A stretch of 64,000 bases of DNA from Octopus sinensis. Its lineage: Eukaryota. The position numbers and the translations under genes were made by a program. Under the pieces are notes generated by a model, which worked only from the letters and a program-made list of their open reading frames with translations, ran no database searches and was not told the origin of the DNA. Below are positions 61,601-64,000 of this stretch, piece after piece (the first letter of the stretch is position 1; each line of letters opens with the position of its first letter). Location: NCBI RefSeq assembly GCF_006345805.1, contig NC_043000.1, positions 23,250,001 through 23,314,000 on the forward strand. Direction: 5' to 3'.

Positions 61601-64000
61601 CGAAAATTATATAGCGCGCCAAATCTAATTTAGCATCGTAGATTAAAACTCTTGCAAAAGAAGAATTTTAAAAATGTTACTTTTGCCTTACCCATTTCCG
61701 TAATTTTTCAGTTTTGATATTTTCCGATTTTTTTTTTAAATGTTTTAAAAAGTTACGCATGTTTTTAAAGTTTCATAATTTGAAATGATCAAAACATAAG
61801 TTCGAAAAAATTTTTTATGAAAATAAAGTCAAAACTAATTTTTTTTTTCAGAATTATAATCTACGATATTTAAACATGCACATCCGAAGAAATTAGGTTT
61901 TATTTGCAGAGGTGGAGAACTAGGTAATTGCCGACGCTATTCTATAAGAACGTCTTTATATTTTTCCTAATTTTTTATTATTTTTGGCACTCGACCTCAA
62001 ATAGTTTATCGATTTTTTTTTTTCACTCAGGCACAAGGTCAATATTTTAAAAAAAGGGGTAGGTATATAGAGTCGATCGAATTGACTCCTCAGTATATAC
62101 CTGGTAATGAAAGGCAAACTTGATAGCGCTAATGTGATTTGCGATTTGAACATAGATTAGGCAAATTCTTTAAAGTCTGACGCTTCTACTAAATTTGCGT
62201 CTTTATTCTTTCTCTCTTTCCTTTTATTTTTTGCGGCGAATACAAAACTGAAAATCATATATTGAAAACGGCTAGAACTCGAATTATATTTTACTGCTAT
62301 TAAGGCTGCTATTTCTGTTGCTGATGAAGGTACTATTATTACCGGCTGCTGCTACTATTGCTACTACTACTATTACTATCGCTCTGACTTAGCCATTACT
62401 TGCTGATAATATTGATCTCTCTCAAGCACAAGGCTTATTTTAAGTAGGGGAAGAAACGTCGTCCATTGAGTCGACTTCACAGAATTACTTGTTCCTCAGT
62501 GAATCACTGGTGTCACTTAAACTCGGAAACGAGGAATATTCCGTCTTTTCGTTTTTGCTCTTTTAGCCTTAAGTGATGCCTTCTTGTGCAGGGTTATGAT
62601 CAGAAGTACGCTAGCTATAACTAACCCCATCTTTTAAGGAATACATATATGACAATATATCATTAAATGTGTCCTTTCCCTATTTAAGATTATAAGAGTG
62701 TGGTTTGACTGCTATTTCAGCCAATCGAGCAACCGCTTAAAGACTCTCTCTTTGGCTTAGACTAATATTAGGATTTTTGTGGTGAGAGGAAAACAAGATT
62801 TTCATATTAAGATTCAGAAGTGGTGTGAAGGTTATCATGTCTGTAATTTCAATAGCATTCACAGCCTGTATTTTAAGTTAGTGATAAAATGGCTTTAGAT
62901 GAAACTCGAAGTGCCGTTGCAATTTCGGTTTGTGAAGAGCTTGCTCTACGAGACTTGCCTAAATCTATATTCTTATCGATTTCTTTTTGACTAGGCTCAA
63001 AATCCTATTTTCTATGTTCAATGCGTTCTCCTTCCAGTTTCCAGCTTTATAGTGACAACTGTGAATCGAAAAATAGGTCGTGGTTTTGGCTCGCTGGAAA
63101 ATGACCTTCATTGAAGCTTTGATCCTAATATATAACATATCTGTTTTGACACTTTTAACTGTATATATTTGTAGGAGGTCAAACAACAGTGTATAACTAG
63201 ACATGCCCGTAAAAATTCCGCTGTTATTTCGCAAACTACAACGTTATTGGAAGTCTTGTGAAATCGTATTTTCTGGAGCATTTAATTCAGTCCAGCGAAG
63301 TAGTATCGAAGATGCAGACATGAGAAAGAAAATCTTTACAACCTATATTCTTTATTAATGCATTTGTCACCTCTTCTACCTTGAGAATCATATTATCTAT
63401 TATTTTCATATGCCAAGAAGTGAATGCTCTTTGGAAGAAATTATATGCAATTGCCCTTGAGAAAATACTGGTTGATTCTCTTCGGTTTTCCATAGTGATT
63501 ATGTCATAAAGTTTATTGAAAATGAATTGGAAGAATAATATATATAGCAAACGCTTTAAAACTGCTTTATTTGAATAGACAAAATGTTATGAAGTGACTA
63601 AAAAGCTAAGCTTTGTGTCATGTATTGAGTTCTATTTCTCCTGTTTTACAAATATGCGCGCGCGCGTGTGTGAGAGAGGGGGGTAGAGAGAGCGTGTATC
63701 ACATTTAATAAAAAATATCAATCGTCTTACAAATAGTAAAAATGAAATAATAGAAAATGCTGTCTTTGATTGATTACATCCACTACTTTGTTCCATACTT
63801 TCTAAGTCACTTCTCTTACGAATAATTTATAAATATTGTGTGTAGAAAAGATTACGTCTTCAATTTCGTTCCATAGTTTGCCAGTCCGTTGCCTTACAGA
63901 GGTTTCATTTTTTTTTTTTGTTCTTGCTTTCTGGGTATTGAGGAAAGAGTAATGCTGGGGGCATTCTGATACCATTAATTTTCTTACTGAATCTTTTTTT

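Noticed and set aside
62321-62350. Hammerhead-like CTGATGA-A-GGTA..TACC
   Set aside because: No GAAA follows the stem and there is no helix III or stem I.

Overview
AT-rich, repeat-saturated eukaryotic DNA, intronic or intergenic. The SINE and LINE families look like those of an octopus (coleoid cephalopod) genome; this is recognised from memory, not searched. No intact host CDS, rRNA, true tRNA gene or CRISPR array is supported. Most ORFs in the track are microsatellite or repeat artefacts. The largest coding feature is a 5'-truncated, frameshifted Penelope-like retroelement (PLE; RT plus C-terminal GIY-YIG endonuclease) on the minus strand at about 42.6-46.0 kb, sitting between (TA)n tracts. 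Its 3' pseudo-LTR carries a complete-looking Pol II promoter: five ATTGG-N10-GATGACGTC modules, TATAAAA and an initiator-like site. These are followed by a Kozak ATG mini-exon with a splice donor and a degenerate hammerhead ribozyme. A second PLE-type relic at 51.5-52.1 kb has two inverted minimal hammerheads sharing a non-canonical CUGUNGA core with stem I covariation. The rest of the window holds about 20 RTE-LINE 3' ends with a modular tandem 3'UTR, at least three tRNA-derived SINE families, and fragments of RTE, CR1/L2, R4/Dong and Tx1-like LINEs. It also contains mariner/maT, piggyBac, hAT and Helitron relics, two fold-back elements (one with a telomeric-repeat core) and long microsatellites. 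A few isolated, unassignable exon-like segments hint at a host gene with very long introns.
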